A DNA stretch of 64,000 nt from Pedobacter sp. (GCA_050253415.1 JBFWJC010000001.1:64001-128000); one strand, 5' to 3'; positions 34,091-44,713 are shown, numbered from the stretch's first letter. Made by a program: numbers and translations. Notes: generated by a model from the sequence alone, not told the origin.

Positions 34091-34224
34091 TTGGTGACCA
34101 GTCCTGTTTTTAATCCACGCTTCGAAGCCTGTCCCTCTGCGCAGGGCCAGGGCGAGGCGATCTTTCGCGCGAAAGTAGCAAAGCACACGATTTTACCAAT
34201 CACTAATAGCCAGTCACCAATCAC
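34074..34224. repeat. Inverted arrays of 7-bp tandem repeats forming a long hairpin
   Basis: Left arm TGCCTGG TGATTCG TGATTGG TGACCAG; right arm CCAATCA CTAATAG CCAGTCA CCAATCA. GTGATTGGTGAC (34087) pairs perfectly with GTCACCAATCAC (34213). Confidence 0.8.
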
Positions 34225-34251
34225 TGGTTTTTAAGGTTTCCGATCCTAATT

Positions 34252-37065
34252 ATGGCCAATAATATTGTCATCAAAGGTGCCTGCGAACATAACCTCAAGT
34301 GCATCGACATCACCATTCCCCGCGACAAACTGGTGGTGATTACCGGGGTTTCCGGTTCCGGCAAAAGCACCCTGGCTTTCGATACCCTGTATGCCGAAGG
34401 CCAGCGCCGTTACGTTGAGAGCCTGTCGGCCTACGCCCGGCAGTTTTTGGAACAGATGTCCAAGCCCGACGTGGAAAGCATCGAGGGGCTGTCTCCGGCC
34501 ATCTCCATCGAACAGAAGACCACCTCCAAAAACCCGCGTTCCACGGTCGGCACCGTCACGGAAATCTACGACTACCTGCGCCTGCTGTTCGCCCGGGTCG
34601 GACGCATCCACTGCCACGGTTGCGGCAAGGAGATCGCGTCCTGGACCATCCAGCAGATGGTCGATCGCATTATGACCATGCCGGAACAGACCAAACTGCT
34701 GTTGATGGCCCCCACGGTGCGCGGCCGCAAAGGCGAATACCGCAAAGAACTGCGCCAGTTGCAAGCCGATGGCTTCGTGCGCATCCGCATCGACGGTGAG
34801 ATGCGCGAGTTGGCCGAAGACATCTCCCTGGACAAAAACAAAAAGCACACCCTCGAGGTGGTGGTCGACCGACTGGTGATCCGCCCGGGGATCGAAAGCC
34901 GCCTGGCCGATTCGCTGGAAACCGCCTTGCGCCTGGCCGGCGGTATCGTGCGGGTCGAAGAAGTCGACGGCGAAAGCCGCCTCTTCTCGGAGCAGCATGC
35001 CTGTGCCGACTGCGGCATCTCCTACCCGGAAATCACGCCGCGAATGTTCTCCTTTAACAACCCGTATGGCGCCTGTCCCGCTTGCTCCGGACTCGGAACG
35101 CGCATGTACTTCGACCCCGAGGAAGTGGTACCCAACCCGGAATTATCCCTGCGCGAGGGCGCCGTGGTACCCTGGGAGACACGCACCGGCTTTTACTATC
35201 ACCAACTGCTGGAAGCCCTGGCCGATCACTACAAATTTGACATCAACACCCCTTTCATCCGCCTTCCGGAGCGTATTCGCCAGATCCTGCTGCACGGCTC
35301 GGGCAAAGAATCCGTGCGCTTTTTCTACGATCAGGGCGAACGCCGCCACTATTACGAAAAACCGTTTGAGGGGATTATCCCCAATCTGGAACGGCGGTTC
35401 CACGAAACCGACTCGGACCGGGTACGGGAAAACCTTGAACGCTTCATGAACGTGATGCCCTGTCCGACTTGCCAGGGCGCGCGTTTGCGCCCGGAGTCGC
35501 TGTTTATCCGGATTGGCGGCAGCAACATCCAGGAGGTGTGCGCTCTCTCCATCCATGAAGCGGAACTCTTCTTTGAAACCCTGCGCCTTTCGGATAAGGA
35601 ATTCGAGATCGGCCGCCGGATTCTGAAAGAGATCCGCGAACGGCTGTCGTTTCTGTCCTATGTGGGCCTCGACTATCTGAGCCTGGATCGGGCCTCGGGG
35701 ACCCTGTCGGGGGGCGAGGGGCAGCGCATCCGTCTCGCTACCCAGGTCGGCTCCTCCCTGGTGGGGGTACTGTATATCCTCGACGAACCGTCCATCGGCC
35801 TGCATCAGCGGGACAATCGCCGGCTGCTCGATACTCTCAAGCGCTTGCGGGATCTGGGCAACACAGTACTGGTGGTGGAACACGACGAGGAGACCATCCT
35901 CGAAGCCGACTATGTCATCGACATGGGCCCCGGTGCCGGTGTGCACGGGGGCGAGGTGGTATCGCAGGGCACCCCGCAGGAGATTCTCGCCGATCCGGCC
36001 TCCCTCACCGGCTCCTATCTCTCCGGTGTGCTGACCATCCCGCTACCGGCCGAGCGGCGCGCCAGCGACCGCTACCTGGAAATTATCGGTGCGCAGGAAA
36101 ATAACCTCAAAAACGTTAACGCCGCCATCCCTCTGGGCGTCATGACCTGCGTCACCGGCGTATCGGGATCGGGCAAATCGACCCTGATCATCGACACCCT
36201 GTTCAAAGCTCTCTCCCAGCGACTGTATCGTTCGCGGGACAAAGCCGGCAAGGTCGACGATATCCGTGGTCTGGAGCACCTGGACAAGGTCATCGACATC
36301 GATCAATCGCCTATCGGTCGCACGCCACGCTCCAACCCGGCTACCTACAGCGGCGTTTTCACCGATATCCGCGACCTGTTCGCCCAGTTGCCGGAAGCCA
36401 AACTGCGCGGTTACAAACCGGGGCGGTTCTCCTTTAACGTCAAGGGTGGTCGCTGTGAAGCCTGTCAGGGCGAAGGCATCCTCAAGATCGAGATGCACTT
36501 CCTGCCGGATGTCTATGTGCAGTGCGAAGTCTGCAAAGGCGCGCGCTACAACCGTGAAACCCTCGAAGTACGCTACAAAAGCATGAATATCGCCGAGGTG
36601 CTGGACATGACCGTCAACCAGGCGATCCCTTTCATGGAGAACATTCCGCGCATCCGCAACAAGCTGGAAATGCTGCGCGACGTGGGCCTCGGCTATATCA
36701 AGCTGGGCCAGAGCGCCACCACCCTCTCGGGTGGCGAAGCCCAGCGCGTCAAGCTGGCCAAGGAACTCGGCAAGCGGGGCACCGGACGGACGATTTACAT
36801 CCTCGACGAACCGACCACCGGTCTGCACTTCGCCGATATTCATAAACTGCTCGATGTGCTGCATCGCCTGGTCGACGCCGGCAATACGGTGGTTATCATC
36901 GAGCACAACCTCGATGTCATCAAAACCGCCGACCATATCATTGACCTGGGACCGGAAGGCGGTAGCCGCGGCGGTGAAATTCTCGCCAGCGGCACCCCCG
37001 AAGAGGTGGCACGCTGCTCCCGCTCCCACACTGGACGCTACTTGCGTTCCTATCTTAACCTGTAG
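34252..37065 (+). CDS. uvrA: Excinuclease ABC subunit A
   Basis: Two ABC ATPase cassettes (GVSGSGKS twice, LSGGE twice) and zinc fingers. Confidence 0.99.
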   Translation: MANNIVIKGACEHNLKCIDITIPRDKLVVITGVSGSGKSTLAFDTLYAEGQRRYVESLSAYARQFLEQMSKPDVESIEGLSPAISIEQKTTSKNPRSTVGTVTEIYDYLRLLFARVGRIHCHGCGKEIASWTIQQMVDRIMTMPEQTKLLLMAPTVRGRKGEYRKELRQLQADGFVRIRIDGEMRELAEDISLDKNKKHTLEVVVDRLVIRPGIESRLADSLETALRLAGGIVRVEEVDGESRLFSEQHACADCGISYPEITPRMFSFNNPYGACPACSGLGTRMYFDPEEVVPNPELSLREGAVVPWETRTGFYYHQLLEALADHYKFDINTPFIRLPERIRQILLHGSGKESVRFFYDQGERRHYYEKPFEGIIPNLERRFHETDSDRVRENLERFMNVMPCPTCQGARLRPESLFIRIGGSNIQEVCALSIHEAELFFETLRLSDKEFEIGRRILKEIRERLSFLSYVGLDYLSLDRASGTLSGGEGQRIRLATQVGSSLVGVLYILDEPSIGLHQRDNRRLLDTLKRLRDLGNTVLVVEHDEETILEADYVIDMGPGAGVHGGEVVSQGTPQEILADPASLTGSYLSGVLTIPLPAERRASDRYLEIIGAQENNLKNVNAAIPLGVMTCVTGVSGSGKSTLIIDTLFKALSQRLYRSRDKAGKVDDIRGLEHLDKVIDIDQSPIGRTPRSNPATYSGVFTDIRDLFAQLPEAKLRGYKPGRFSFNVKGGRCEACQGEGILKIEMHFLPDVYVQCEVCKGARYNRETLEVRYKSMNIAEVLDMTVNQAIPFMENIPRIRNKLEMLRDVGLGYIKLGQSATTLSGGEAQRVKLAKELGKRGTGRTIYILDEPTTGLHFADIHKLLDVLHRLVDAGNTVVIIEHNLDVIKTADHIIDLGPEGGSRGGEILASGTPEEVARCSRSHTGRYLRSYLNL

Positions 37066-37127
37066 GAGACTGCCGCCCCGGAGCAAAACCAGCGCCGGTA
37101 TTGCCACGAACTCAAGGACTTGTCTTC

Positions 37128-38501
37128 ATGAAACGATCGCCACTTCAACCCAAGCACCTGGATCCGGGCTGGGCCCTTATCCTTTACTATGGCGCTGCCA
37201 TCCTGATCGGGGGCGCCCTGCTGACCCTGCCCTTTGCCGCCCAGGGTGAGCCGCTGTCGTTTATCGACGCTCTGTTCACCGCCACCTCGGCCCAGTGCGT
37301 TACCGGCCTGATCGTGGTCGACACCGGCACCAAGTTAACCCTTTTCGGCCAGGGGGTGGTCCTGCTGCTGATCCAGATCGGCGGATTGGGTATCACCACC
37401 TTCTCCGTCTACCTGTTTTTTTATCTGGGCAAGGGGGTAGGCATCCGAGACCGATGGGTGATCCAGGAGACGCTGCTGCATACCCCGGTCGACTCCCTGC
37501 GCGATCTGGTGCACAGTATTTTCAAGTACACCCTGGTTATCGAAGGGATCGGATCTGTCATTCTGGCTATCGCCTTCGTACCGAAGATGGGCTGGGCCAA
37601 AGGGATTTACAGTGCTGTTTTTCACAGTATTTCGGCTTTCTGCAATGCCGGGTTTTCGCTGTATCCCGACAGCATGATTGGCTATAGTGCGGACCCGCTG
37701 GTCAATGTGACCATCATGGCGCTGATCATCCTCGGCGGTATCGGATTTCTGGTCATCAAGGAGGTCTTTGATCTCAGTCAGGAACATAACCGGCGCCGGC
37801 GCCGCCGGCTATCGCTGCATTCGAGACTGGTTTTCATGACCACCGCCATTTTGATCATCGGCGGAGCGCTACTCATCGGACTGCTTGAGGCGCCTTCGGC
37901 TTTCGCATCCATGCATATGGGCGAAAGCATATGGGTCAGCCTGTTTCAGTCCGTTACGGCACGCACCGCTGGTTTCAACTCCATCGACCTCAACCTTTTC
38001 GAGGTGCCGACGTTGTTTGTGATGATGTTTCTGATGTTCGTCGGTGCATCACCTGGCTCTTGCGGTGGCGGGATTAAGACCACCAGTCTGGCGCTGTTTG
38101 TAGCCATCATGCACAGCCGCCTGAAAGGCAATCCGCACACCAACGTATTTCGTCGCACCCTGCCCGAAGCGGCCGTTACCAAAACCCTTACGCTGGTCAT
38201 GACCGCCTTGCTGTTCCTGGCACTGGCAATTTTCATCCTGCTGGCCGTGCAACTGCAGGGGATGCCGGCCATCGCCAGCCGCGGGGTATTTCTGGAATAC
38301 ACATTTGAAGCCGTGTCGGCCTTTGCCACCGTCGGTCTGTCCCTCGGTGCCACGGCCAAACTGGTGCCGGCCGGCAAGCTGATCGTCATCATTCTGATGT
38401 TCATTGGCCGTGTCGGTCTGCTCACCGTAGCGTTCACCATGATCCGCCGGTCACGCGAAGGCGCCGTCCACTATGCCGAAGAAAACATCATGATCGGTTG
38501 A
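37128..38501 (+). CDS. ktrB: Trk/Ktr potassium uptake membrane subunit (KtrB/TrkH)
   Basis: Pore loops SAQCVTGL, SAFCNAGF, RTAGFN and SAFATVGLS; also GGGIKTT and GRVG. Confidence 0.9.
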   Translation: MKRSPLQPKHLDPGWALILYYGAAILIGGALLTLPFAAQGEPLSFIDALFTATSAQCVTGLIVVDTGTKLTLFGQGVVLLLIQIGGLGITTFSVYLFFYLGKGVGIRDRWVIQETLLHTPVDSLRDLVHSIFKYTLVIEGIGSVILAIAFVPKMGWAKGIYSAVFHSISAFCNAGFSLYPDSMIGYSADPLVNVTIMALIILGGIGFLVIKEVFDLSQEHNRRRRRRLSLHSRLVFMTTAILIIGGALLIGLLEAPSAFASMHMGESIWVSLFQSVTARTAGFNSIDLNLFEVPTLFVMMFLMFVGASPGSCGGGIKTTSLALFVAIMHSRLKGNPHTNVFRRTLPEAAVTKTLTLVMTALLFLALAIFILLAVQLQGMPAIASRGVFLEYTFEAVSAFATVGLSLGATAKLVPAGKLIVIILMFIGRVGLLTVAFTMIRRSREGAVHYAEENIMIG

Positions 38502-38532
38502 CCACTGTTCAACTGCCCGGGAGATTTTTACC

Positions 38533-39189
38533 ATGAAACGATTTTGCGTCATCGGGTTGGGAAATTTTGGCTTTCACGTCGCTAAAACCCTTTACGAAGA
38601 AGGGCATGAAGTGATCGCTATCGATCTCAACCAGGACAAGGTTCAACGTATTAAAAACTCATCCTCCTACGCCATTTTCGGGGATGCCTCCAACAAGGAA
38701 TTTCTCAAGGGGCAGGGGGTCGGGGAAATGGATGCGGTGGTCGTTTCCACCGGCGAACGCTCGCACCTTTCGACCCTGATCACCCTGCATCTGAGGGAGA
38801 TGAACGTTCCGAGGATTCTGGTCAAGGCCATCGACGAGGATCACGGCCGCATTCTGGAAAAGATCGGTGCCACCGATATCATTTTCCCCGAAAAGGATAT
38901 GGCAATTAAAACCGCCAAGGGACTATGCTCGTCCAATATCCTGGAATTCATCCCCGTCGCCGAGGACTACTCCATCACCGAGGTGGCGCCACCCAACCAT
39001 TTCATGGGTAAAAACCTCATCGACCTCGATTTGCGGCGTAAATTCCATGTCACCGTTATCGGCATCCGCGACATGCTCACCGGGGATTTCAACACTCTTC
39101 CCTCGCCAACCCACGTCATCAAAGACAGCGACCTGCTGGTGCTGATCGGCAAGGCCGAGGATGTGGAGAAAGCCTGTCAACCCAAGTAA
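38533..39189 (+). CDS. ktrA: Trk/Ktr potassium uptake regulatory subunit (KtrA/TrkA)
   Basis: RCK N-domain IGLGNFG plus an RCK-C domain. Confidence 0.9.
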   Translation: MKRFCVIGLGNFGFHVAKTLYEEGHEVIAIDLNQDKVQRIKNSSSYAIFGDASNKEFLKGQGVGEMDAVVVSTGERSHLSTLITLHLREMNVPRILVKAIDEDHGRILEKIGATDIIFPEKDMAIKTAKGLCSSNILEFIPVAEDYSITEVAPPNHFMGKNLIDLDLRRKFHVTVIGIRDMLTGDFNTLPSPTHVIKDSDLLVLIGKAEDVEKACQPK

Positions 39190-39361
39190 CGTGCAAACAG
39201 AAACGACTCTCTTTTCCGCAAGCTTTCACGGGTTGCCCATCCGGGATCATCGGGAGGGACGCCAGGCAACACCGAGGTTGACAGGTCCGACATTTTTTAT
39301 AAGAATAGTGGCATTATTGTTTGTTATTCATTCCCCCACATACTAGAGGAGACTCACCGAC

Positions 39362-39871
39362 ATGTCCGATCTGAGCGGCACCAAAACCGAACAGGACCTT
39401 CTGGAAGCTTTTGCCGGAGAATCCCAAGCTAATCGCAAATATCTGGCGTTTGCAGAGCAAGCTGACAAGGAAGGCCATCCCCAGGTCGCTAAATTGTTCC
39501 GTGCGGCTGCAGCGGCGGAAACCGTGCATGCCCACGCCCATCTGCGCGCACTGGGTGGCGTAGCCTCCACCCTTGACAACCTCAAGGAAGCCGTCGGCGG
39601 TGAAACCCACGAATTCAAAGAAATGTATCCGCCCATGATCGAGGAAGCCAAAGCCAAGGGTTTCAAGGCCGCTGAACGCACCCTCTCCTACGCCAACGAA
39701 GTTGAGAAGGTGCATGCCGAGCTGTACGAAAAAGCCCTGGCCAACCTCGGCAAGAACGAAGCCTGTGAATACTGGGTCTGCAAGGTCTGCGGCAACACCC
39801 TCGAAGCAGAACCCCAGGAACCCTGCACGGTCTGCAAAGCCGCCAAAATGGCCTTTTTCAAAGTCGACTGA
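39362..39871 (+). CDS. rbr: Rubrerythrin
   Basis: AFAGESQA, ETVHA and EKVHA diiron ligands; C-terminal CKVC...CTVC rubredoxin domain. Confidence 0.93.
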   Translation: MSDLSGTKTEQDLLEAFAGESQANRKYLAFAEQADKEGHPQVAKLFRAAAAAETVHAHAHLRALGGVASTLDNLKEAVGGETHEFKEMYPPMIEEAKAKGFKAAERTLSYANEVEKVHAELYEKALANLGKNEACEYWVCKVCGNTLEAEPQEPCTVCKAAKMAFFKVD

Positions 39872-39973
39872 GTTTTTCCTGCAAAGCATGATATCATCGG
39901 GTGATCTGCTTTAAGCGGGTCACCCGATATTTATTTGAACCGGCGACAGCCGATCCTTCAAAAGAGATTGTCC

Positions 39974-40306
39974 ATGGAAAAATGCCCTGTCTGTAAGGAA
40001 GAAAAAAAAGGCAAGTACTGGTGCAGCGCCTGCAAGACCGTGTTCGTTTGCCCGCTGCCAGGCTGCGGTGCCACCATCAGCAACCACGATGCCGAGGAAT
40101 GCCCGCGCTGCGGCCTGCTGTTTGCCGACTATGTCAATCAGCGTAAAATGTACCGCCAATGCCCCAAGTGCAAAAAGAAACAGGGGCTGAATGAGCAACA
40201 GTGCCGACACTGCAAGTTCTGGTTCAACTGTCCCTCCTGCGGACATAAAGTAACATCCACCAGCGCCCTGACCTGCCCACGTTGCGGCACCAATCTGCGC
40301 CGCTGA
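39974..40306 (+). CDS. Cys-rich multi-zinc-ribbon protein (110 aa)
   Basis: Eight Cys pairs: CPVC, CSAC, CPLPGC, CPRC, CPKC, CRHC, CPSC, CPRC. A terminator follows. Confidence 0.8.
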   Translation: MEKCPVCKEEKKGKYWCSACKTVFVCPLPGCGATISNHDAEECPRCGLLFADYVNQRKMYRQCPKCKKKQGLNEQQCRHCKFWFNCPSCGHKVTSTSALTCPRCGTNLRR

Positions 40307-40328
40307 TCACACCATTCCATTCTTTTGC

Positions 40329-40355
40329 AGGCGGCCGTCCAGGCCGCCTTGTTTT
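40329..40355 (+). terminator. Terminator after the zinc-ribbon gene
   Basis: AGGCGGCC-GTCCA-GGCCGCCT followed by TGTTTT. Confidence 0.65.
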
Positions 40356-40698
40356 CTTCCCGCCTCATATCAACCGCCATTGACATCTTGTCTGGATGGG
40401 CTAGAAATAATCAAGAGTTCGTTGGTCCCAACGCATGGCAAAGCGAACAACCCCATCCTGACAACCAAAACTCCTCTACTGGACCGTGCAGGGACGCAGT
40501 GAACTGTTCTTCAAAACGGAATCCTGCTGAGGAAACCGGACCTGCAGCACCGGACTTCCTTGATCAAGCACGTCAGCGGCCCAGACCTTAATCACAACTT
40601 TCGACATAAGGTACGACAAATCATCCCGCAATCCGATCTACCGACGGAACAGATGGCATAAAGTCCGAGCAATTCTTTCTTCACTCAAGGATGAAGCC

Positions 40699-41928
40699 AT
40701 GAAGGGTAAACATGTCTATATCGAAAAGGGTGGCTGTATCCGCCGCCAACTCGACTTGGAAACGATCCAGACCTACCTGCAGGCCAATGGTTACGAACTG
40801 GTGGACCATCCCCGCAAAGCAGGTTGCATTCTGGTCAGCACTTGTGCTTTCAAAAAAAAAGAGGAGGACCGTTCCTACCAACGGCTAAGGACTCTGCAAG
40901 CTTATCCGGCCCGCATATTGGCACTGGGGTGCTTACCGGACATTGCCCCGGAACGCTTCGAAAGCCTCGGAAACATAGGCAAGATCGCCCCCAAAGAGTT
41001 ACGCGCCATCGACGATTTTTTCGTCCATGATAAGCTGTCCTTCACCGATATCGCCGACAGCCCTGTTTTGACGGGAAATGAAGGAGGGCTTGTAAGCTCC
41101 TTAAAAAAGAGCGCGTATAACAGCTGGAATATCCGCAACAGCCTGGCTACGGACGATTTGGCCATGGCCTGGGAAAGACTGAAACAGCGCCTAAAAAACG
41201 CCGACAAGAAATATCACTTGTTCGTCTGTCGCGGTTGCCAGGGTCTGTGCAGTTACTGCGCGGTTCGACGGGCGATCGGTCCGATACGCAGCAAACCGAT
41301 TGCGCAGGTAGTAGAGCAGTTGCGGGAGGGTTATCAAAAAGGCTTCCGCCATTTCCCCATTCTGGGGGATGACCCGGGTTGTTACGGGCTCGATATCGGC
41401 ACTGACTTCCCGAGCTTACTGGGCCAATTACTCACCGAGGCTTCTCGTCTTGGCATCCGACACGGACAGTCTCCAGTATTTCATATTCATGACATCCATC
41501 CCAAATTCGTTATTCGCTATCAGGACGAACTCGCTCGATTATCCGCAGCCCGCGCCTGCCAAAGTATTCTGTTGCCGCTTCAGTCGGGAAGCGATCGCAT
41601 ACTGCAACTGATGGAGCGTGAGCATACCGTTTCAGACCTGGTGGCAGCGGTTCAGGCCATGCGCAAAGCCCGTCCTGACCTGGAACTGACCACGCAGATC
41701 ATTGTCGGTTTCCCCAGCGAAACAGAAGAGGATTTTCGCGCTTCGTTGCGGGCCGTACACAATGCGCAGTATTCCACGGTTGTGGTCTTCCCCTATCATG
41801 ATAAAACCGGGACGAAAGCTGCCGAACTACTACCCAAAACTCCGGAAAAAATTATCCGGCAGCGGAAAAAAGCCGCCTTCCAGTTTTTTCGGGACCACGG
41901 TATCAAGGCGTATCCAAACTGCCCTTGA
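40699..41928 (+). CDS. Radical SAM methylthiotransferase-like protein (MiaB/RimO/MtaB family) lacking a TRAM domain
   Basis: MTTase N-domain Cys motifs GGC, STC and LGC; CQGLCSYC; LQSGSDRIL; IIVGFPSETEEDF. The protein ends right after the barrel. Confidence 0.82.
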   Translation: MKGKHVYIEKGGCIRRQLDLETIQTYLQANGYELVDHPRKAGCILVSTCAFKKKEEDRSYQRLRTLQAYPARILALGCLPDIAPERFESLGNIGKIAPKELRAIDDFFVHDKLSFTDIADSPVLTGNEGGLVSSLKKSAYNSWNIRNSLATDDLAMAWERLKQRLKNADKKYHLFVCRGCQGLCSYCAVRRAIGPIRSKPIAQVVEQLREGYQKGFRHFPILGDDPGCYGLDIGTDFPSLLGQLLTEASRLGIRHGQSPVFHIHDIHPKFVIRYQDELARLSAARACQSILLPLQSGSDRILQLMEREHTVSDLVAAVQAMRKARPDLELTTQIIVGFPSETEEDFRASLRAVHNAQYSTVVVFPYHDKTGTKAAELLPKTPEKIIRQRKKAAFQFFRDHGIKAYPNCP

Positions 41929-41934
41929 AAAATA

Positions 41935-41969
41935 AAAAGCCGGGCTGTCCATGTTAACAGCCCGGCTTT
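41935..41969. terminator. Bidirectional terminator
   Basis: AAAAGCCGGGCTGT...ACAGCCCGGCTTT between convergent genes. Confidence 0.75.
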
Positions 41970-41989
41970 GATTCGCATGGAACCCTCCA

Positions 41990-42565
41990 CTATTTGTCGA
42001 AAGGCCACCACCACCGCTTTTTGCCGCTTGCGGCTTCATCGGGGACCTGTTCACCCTTGCCGTTACCGGTCATTTTTCTTTCTTTTGCTTCATCTTTGGT
42101 CTTATCCATAACACGATCACGGTCGCGATCCCGATCCATGTCACCGCGCATGTCATCGGCAGCGCCTTTGGCTTTTTCTTTCTCTTTCATCTTTTCCTTC
42201 GGCTCGGCCATGTCGTGCATCCGCTCGCGATCCATGTCGCGATCTCTATCGCGGTCATATTTTTCCTTCGCGTCGTCCCCTTTGGCCTTGGCCTTCTCTT
42301 TCATCTTTTCTTTTTGCATGTTCATGTCATGCTCGCCACTGCGGGCATGTTCCCCGGCCTGCTCGGCGCGACGCTGCTCGGCCCGCTCCAGGGCGCGGGT
42401 GGCATCTTCGTCGGACTGCTTATTGGAAGGGGACATATCCCAACCGGCACCACCGCCTTGTCCGTCGCCACCGCCACCACCACCGCCGCGGCCGGCCCAC
42501 GCCGGTGCGGCCATAATCGCAACCAGGCCTGCTATCAGTGCTATCTGCCCTAAACGCTTGCGCAT
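41990..42565 (-). CDS. Secreted low-complexity charged repeat protein
   Basis: AAAGGAGG RBS, signal peptide ending AWA, poly-Gly, two K/E-rich plus (DR)n repeats and C-terminal KKRWWWPFDK. Confidence 0.75.
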   Translation of the reverse strand: MRKRLGQIALIAGLVAIMAAPAWAGRGGGGGGGDGQGGGAGWDMSPSNKQSDEDATRALERAEQRRAEQAGEHARSGEHDMNMQKEKMKEKAKAKGDDAKEKYDRDRDRDMDRERMHDMAEPKEKMKEKEKAKGAADDMRGDMDRDRDRDRVMDKTKDEAKERKMTGNGKGEQVPDEAASGKKRWWWPFDK

Positions 42566-42730
42566 CACAAACCTCCTTTGCTGTTAACAAACATGAACTT
42601 TTAATAATTGTAAGGCCATCATCCCGTCTGCGCAACCAGGGAATTTATAACTGCCGAGAGAAAGCATCTCTGTTATAATCGCCACCGTTCACCCCGCACG
42701 GTGCCACATCAAGACTGAAAAGAGTTGCCC

Positions 42731-43468
42731 ATGACCAAGGATTCGCTATTCTCACGCCCGCAAAAACCGGTACCGCCGTTTGAATTCAATGAATCGGTGG
42801 TACAGGTGTTCGATGACATGATCAACCGCTCCGTACCCTGCTACCGGGAACTGGTCCTGCGCCAGGCCCAATTAACCGCACACTACTACCAACCGGAAAC
42901 ACGCATCTATGATCTGGGCTGTTCCACCGGCAACCTGAGCCTGGCGGTTTGCGCCGTTATGGATAACGACCGCCCCTTCCAGTTGGTCGGTGTGGACAAT
43001 TCGGAACCGATGCTCACCGTCTGCCGTGAACGCATGCAATCCGTGCCGGCCGTTGCAGACATCTCCCTGCAGTGCGCCGATATCTGCAAGGTTGCGATGA
43101 GCAGTGCCTCGGTGGTGATTCTCAACCTGACCCTGCAGTTCATACCGCCGGCTGACCGACAGGAACTTTTGAACCGTATTTTCAACGCTCTTGTCCCCGG
43201 CGGCATCCTGCTTCTGACGGAAAAGACCGTGCATGCCCATGCCGGTCTGAGCGACTTGCAACAGGATTTCTATTACCGATTCAAAGCCGAAAATGGCTAT
43301 TCGCAGATGGAAATCAGCCAAAAACGCGAAGCGCTGGAAAATGTGCTGGTCCCGGACACTGTGGAAACCCACCTGGTACGCTTGGACAGGGCGGGTTTCA
43401 AAGCCATCGACACCTGGCTTAAATGGTTCAATTTCGCTTCGTTTATCGCCTTGAAGGAAACACCATGA
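42731..43468 (+). CDS. cmoA: Carboxy-S-adenosyl-L-methionine synthase
   Basis: [32 protein letters not shown] and [12 protein letters not shown] motifs. Confidence 0.95.
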   Translation: MTKDSLFSRPQKPVPPFEFNESVVQVFDDMINRSVPCYRELVLRQAQLTAHYYQPETRIYDLGCSTGNLSLAVCAVMDNDRPFQLVGVDNSEPMLTVCRERMQSVPAVADISLQCADICKVAMSSASVVILNLTLQFIPPADRQELLNRIFNALVPGGILLLTEKTVHAHAGLSDLQQDFYYRFKAENGYSQMEISQKREALENVLVPDTVETHLVRLDRAGFKAIDTWLKWFNFASFIALKETP

Positions 43469-44439
43469 AGACCCTGCTGACCGCCGCGGCCAAGGCTATC
43501 GGCCCTGGCCCCTGGCAACAACCTCTCACCGAACTGCTCGCCGAGCGAGGCCATCAGCTGGCCTGCGTGGACGGCAACGTCCGCAGACTAAGCGGGCTTA
43601 TGCAGCAGTTGCCGGAGGTTGTTCCTTCCCGACGAGACATCGAATCCGGCCGCATTGAGATCGGTGCGGCAAGCGACCTCTCCGAGCAGCAACGCCAGGA
43701 ACTGTTCGACACGCTCATGGCGTTTCGTCCCTGGCGCAAGGGCCCGTTCAGTATTTTCGGCATCCCTGTCGATACCGAATGGCGGTCGGATCTGAAATGG
43801 GCACGCATCGCCCCCCACATGGCGCCGCTGCAAGGCCGGCGCATCCTGGACGTCGGCTGCAGTTGCGGCTACTACCTGATGCGCATGGCCGCCTTCGACC
43901 CGCAACTGGCCCTGGGCCTGGAGCCGTATCCGCCGCTGTTTTGCCAGTATGTCCTGCTGCAACGCTGGTTGAAGCTGCCGCAGGTCCACTGCCTGCCGTT
44001 GAAACTGGAAGAATTACCGCCCATGGACGGCTATTTCGACACCATCTTCCACATGGGGGTACTCTATCACCAGCGGTCGCCCCACGACGCCCTGAAACAA
44101 CTGGCAGCGTTGCTGCGCCCCGGCGGCGAACTGGTGCTGGAAACCCTGGTGCTTGATGGCGAGCAGGATATGGCGCTGTGCCCCCGCGACCGATATGCCA
44201 AGATGCGCAACGTGTTTTTCCTGCCGACCGTACCCTGCCTGGAGGCCTGGCTGATCAAAGCCGGCTTTGAAGATGTCCGCTGCGTCGACCGCAGTTGGAC
44301 CACCAGCGCGGAGCAAGGCCCGACGCCCTGGGTTAATACCGAGTCGTTGCCCGACTTCCTCGATGCGGAGAATCCGACACTTACCATCGAAGGCTACCAG
44401 GCCCCCCTACGGGCAGCCATCATCGCCCGCAGGCGCTGA
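43465..44439 (+). CDS. cmoB: tRNA U34 carboxymethyltransferase
   Basis: PWRKGPF, DTEWRSD.KW, LDVGC, MGVLYH and RYAKMRNV motifs; ATGA overlap with cmoA. Confidence 0.95.
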   Translation: MKTLLTAAAKAIGPGPWQQPLTELLAERGHQLACVDGNVRRLSGLMQQLPEVVPSRRDIESGRIEIGAASDLSEQQRQELFDTLMAFRPWRKGPFSIFGIPVDTEWRSDLKWARIAPHMAPLQGRRILDVGCSCGYYLMRMAAFDPQLALGLEPYPPLFCQYVLLQRWLKLPQVHCLPLKLEELPPMDGYFDTIFHMGVLYHQRSPHDALKQLAALLRPGGELVLETLVLDGEQDMALCPRDRYAKMRNVFFLPTVPCLEAWLIKAGFEDVRCVDRSWTTSAEQGPTPWVNTESLPDFLDAENPTLTIEGYQAPLRAAIIARRR

Positions 44440-44524
44440 TCGCACCGCCGGTGCACCCTTGACAAGATGCCGGGTCCCCAATACCCTCTCTGAAAATCAT
44501 GTTCGCATTGTACAGGAGGACAGC

Positions 44525-44713
44525 ATGCCCATCATTACCCTCACCATTTCCCCCCGCAGCCCCGAGGTCAAAGAGCAACTCATCGCCAGATTGACCGAAA
44601 CCGCCGCCGACGTCACCGGCATCCCGGCGGAAAAATTCATCGTGGTCATCGATGAAAACCCGGTGGAAAACATCGGTGTCGGCGGTGTACCGCTGAACAA
44701 GCTGCTCCCCTGA
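44525..44713 (+). CDS. 4-oxalocrotonate tautomerase family protein
   Basis: 62 aa with a Pro1 start (M-PIITL) and ENIGVGG; AGGAGG RBS. Confidence 0.9.
   Translation: MPIITLTISPRSPEVKEQLIARLTETAADVTGIPAEKFIVVIDENPVENIGVGGVPLNKLLP

Noticed and set aside
26488..37107. Long antisense ORFs opposite nadA, pdxA and uvrA (for example 26488..27579, 33080..34186, 36043..37107)
   Set aside because: They fully overlap well-supported genes in GC-rich DNA and have no recognisable domains.
39974..40306. Multiheme cytochrome interpretation of the Cys-rich protein
   Set aside because: No CxxCH motifs and no signal peptide.
40480..40560. GGGACGCA motif suggesting a c-di-GMP-I riboswitch
   Set aside because: The expected upstream GGCAAA-stem-GAAA tetraloop and the downstream P3 elements are not correctly placed.
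40325..40591. 88-aa ORF as a RiPP precursor for the radical SAM enzyme
   Set aside because: Its TTG start lies at the edge of a terminator hairpin, with no RBS and no precursor-like features.
41994..42587. Ser/Arg/Pro-rich plus-strand ORF
   Set aside because: Mirror of the minus-strand repeat protein, which has the RBS and signal peptide.
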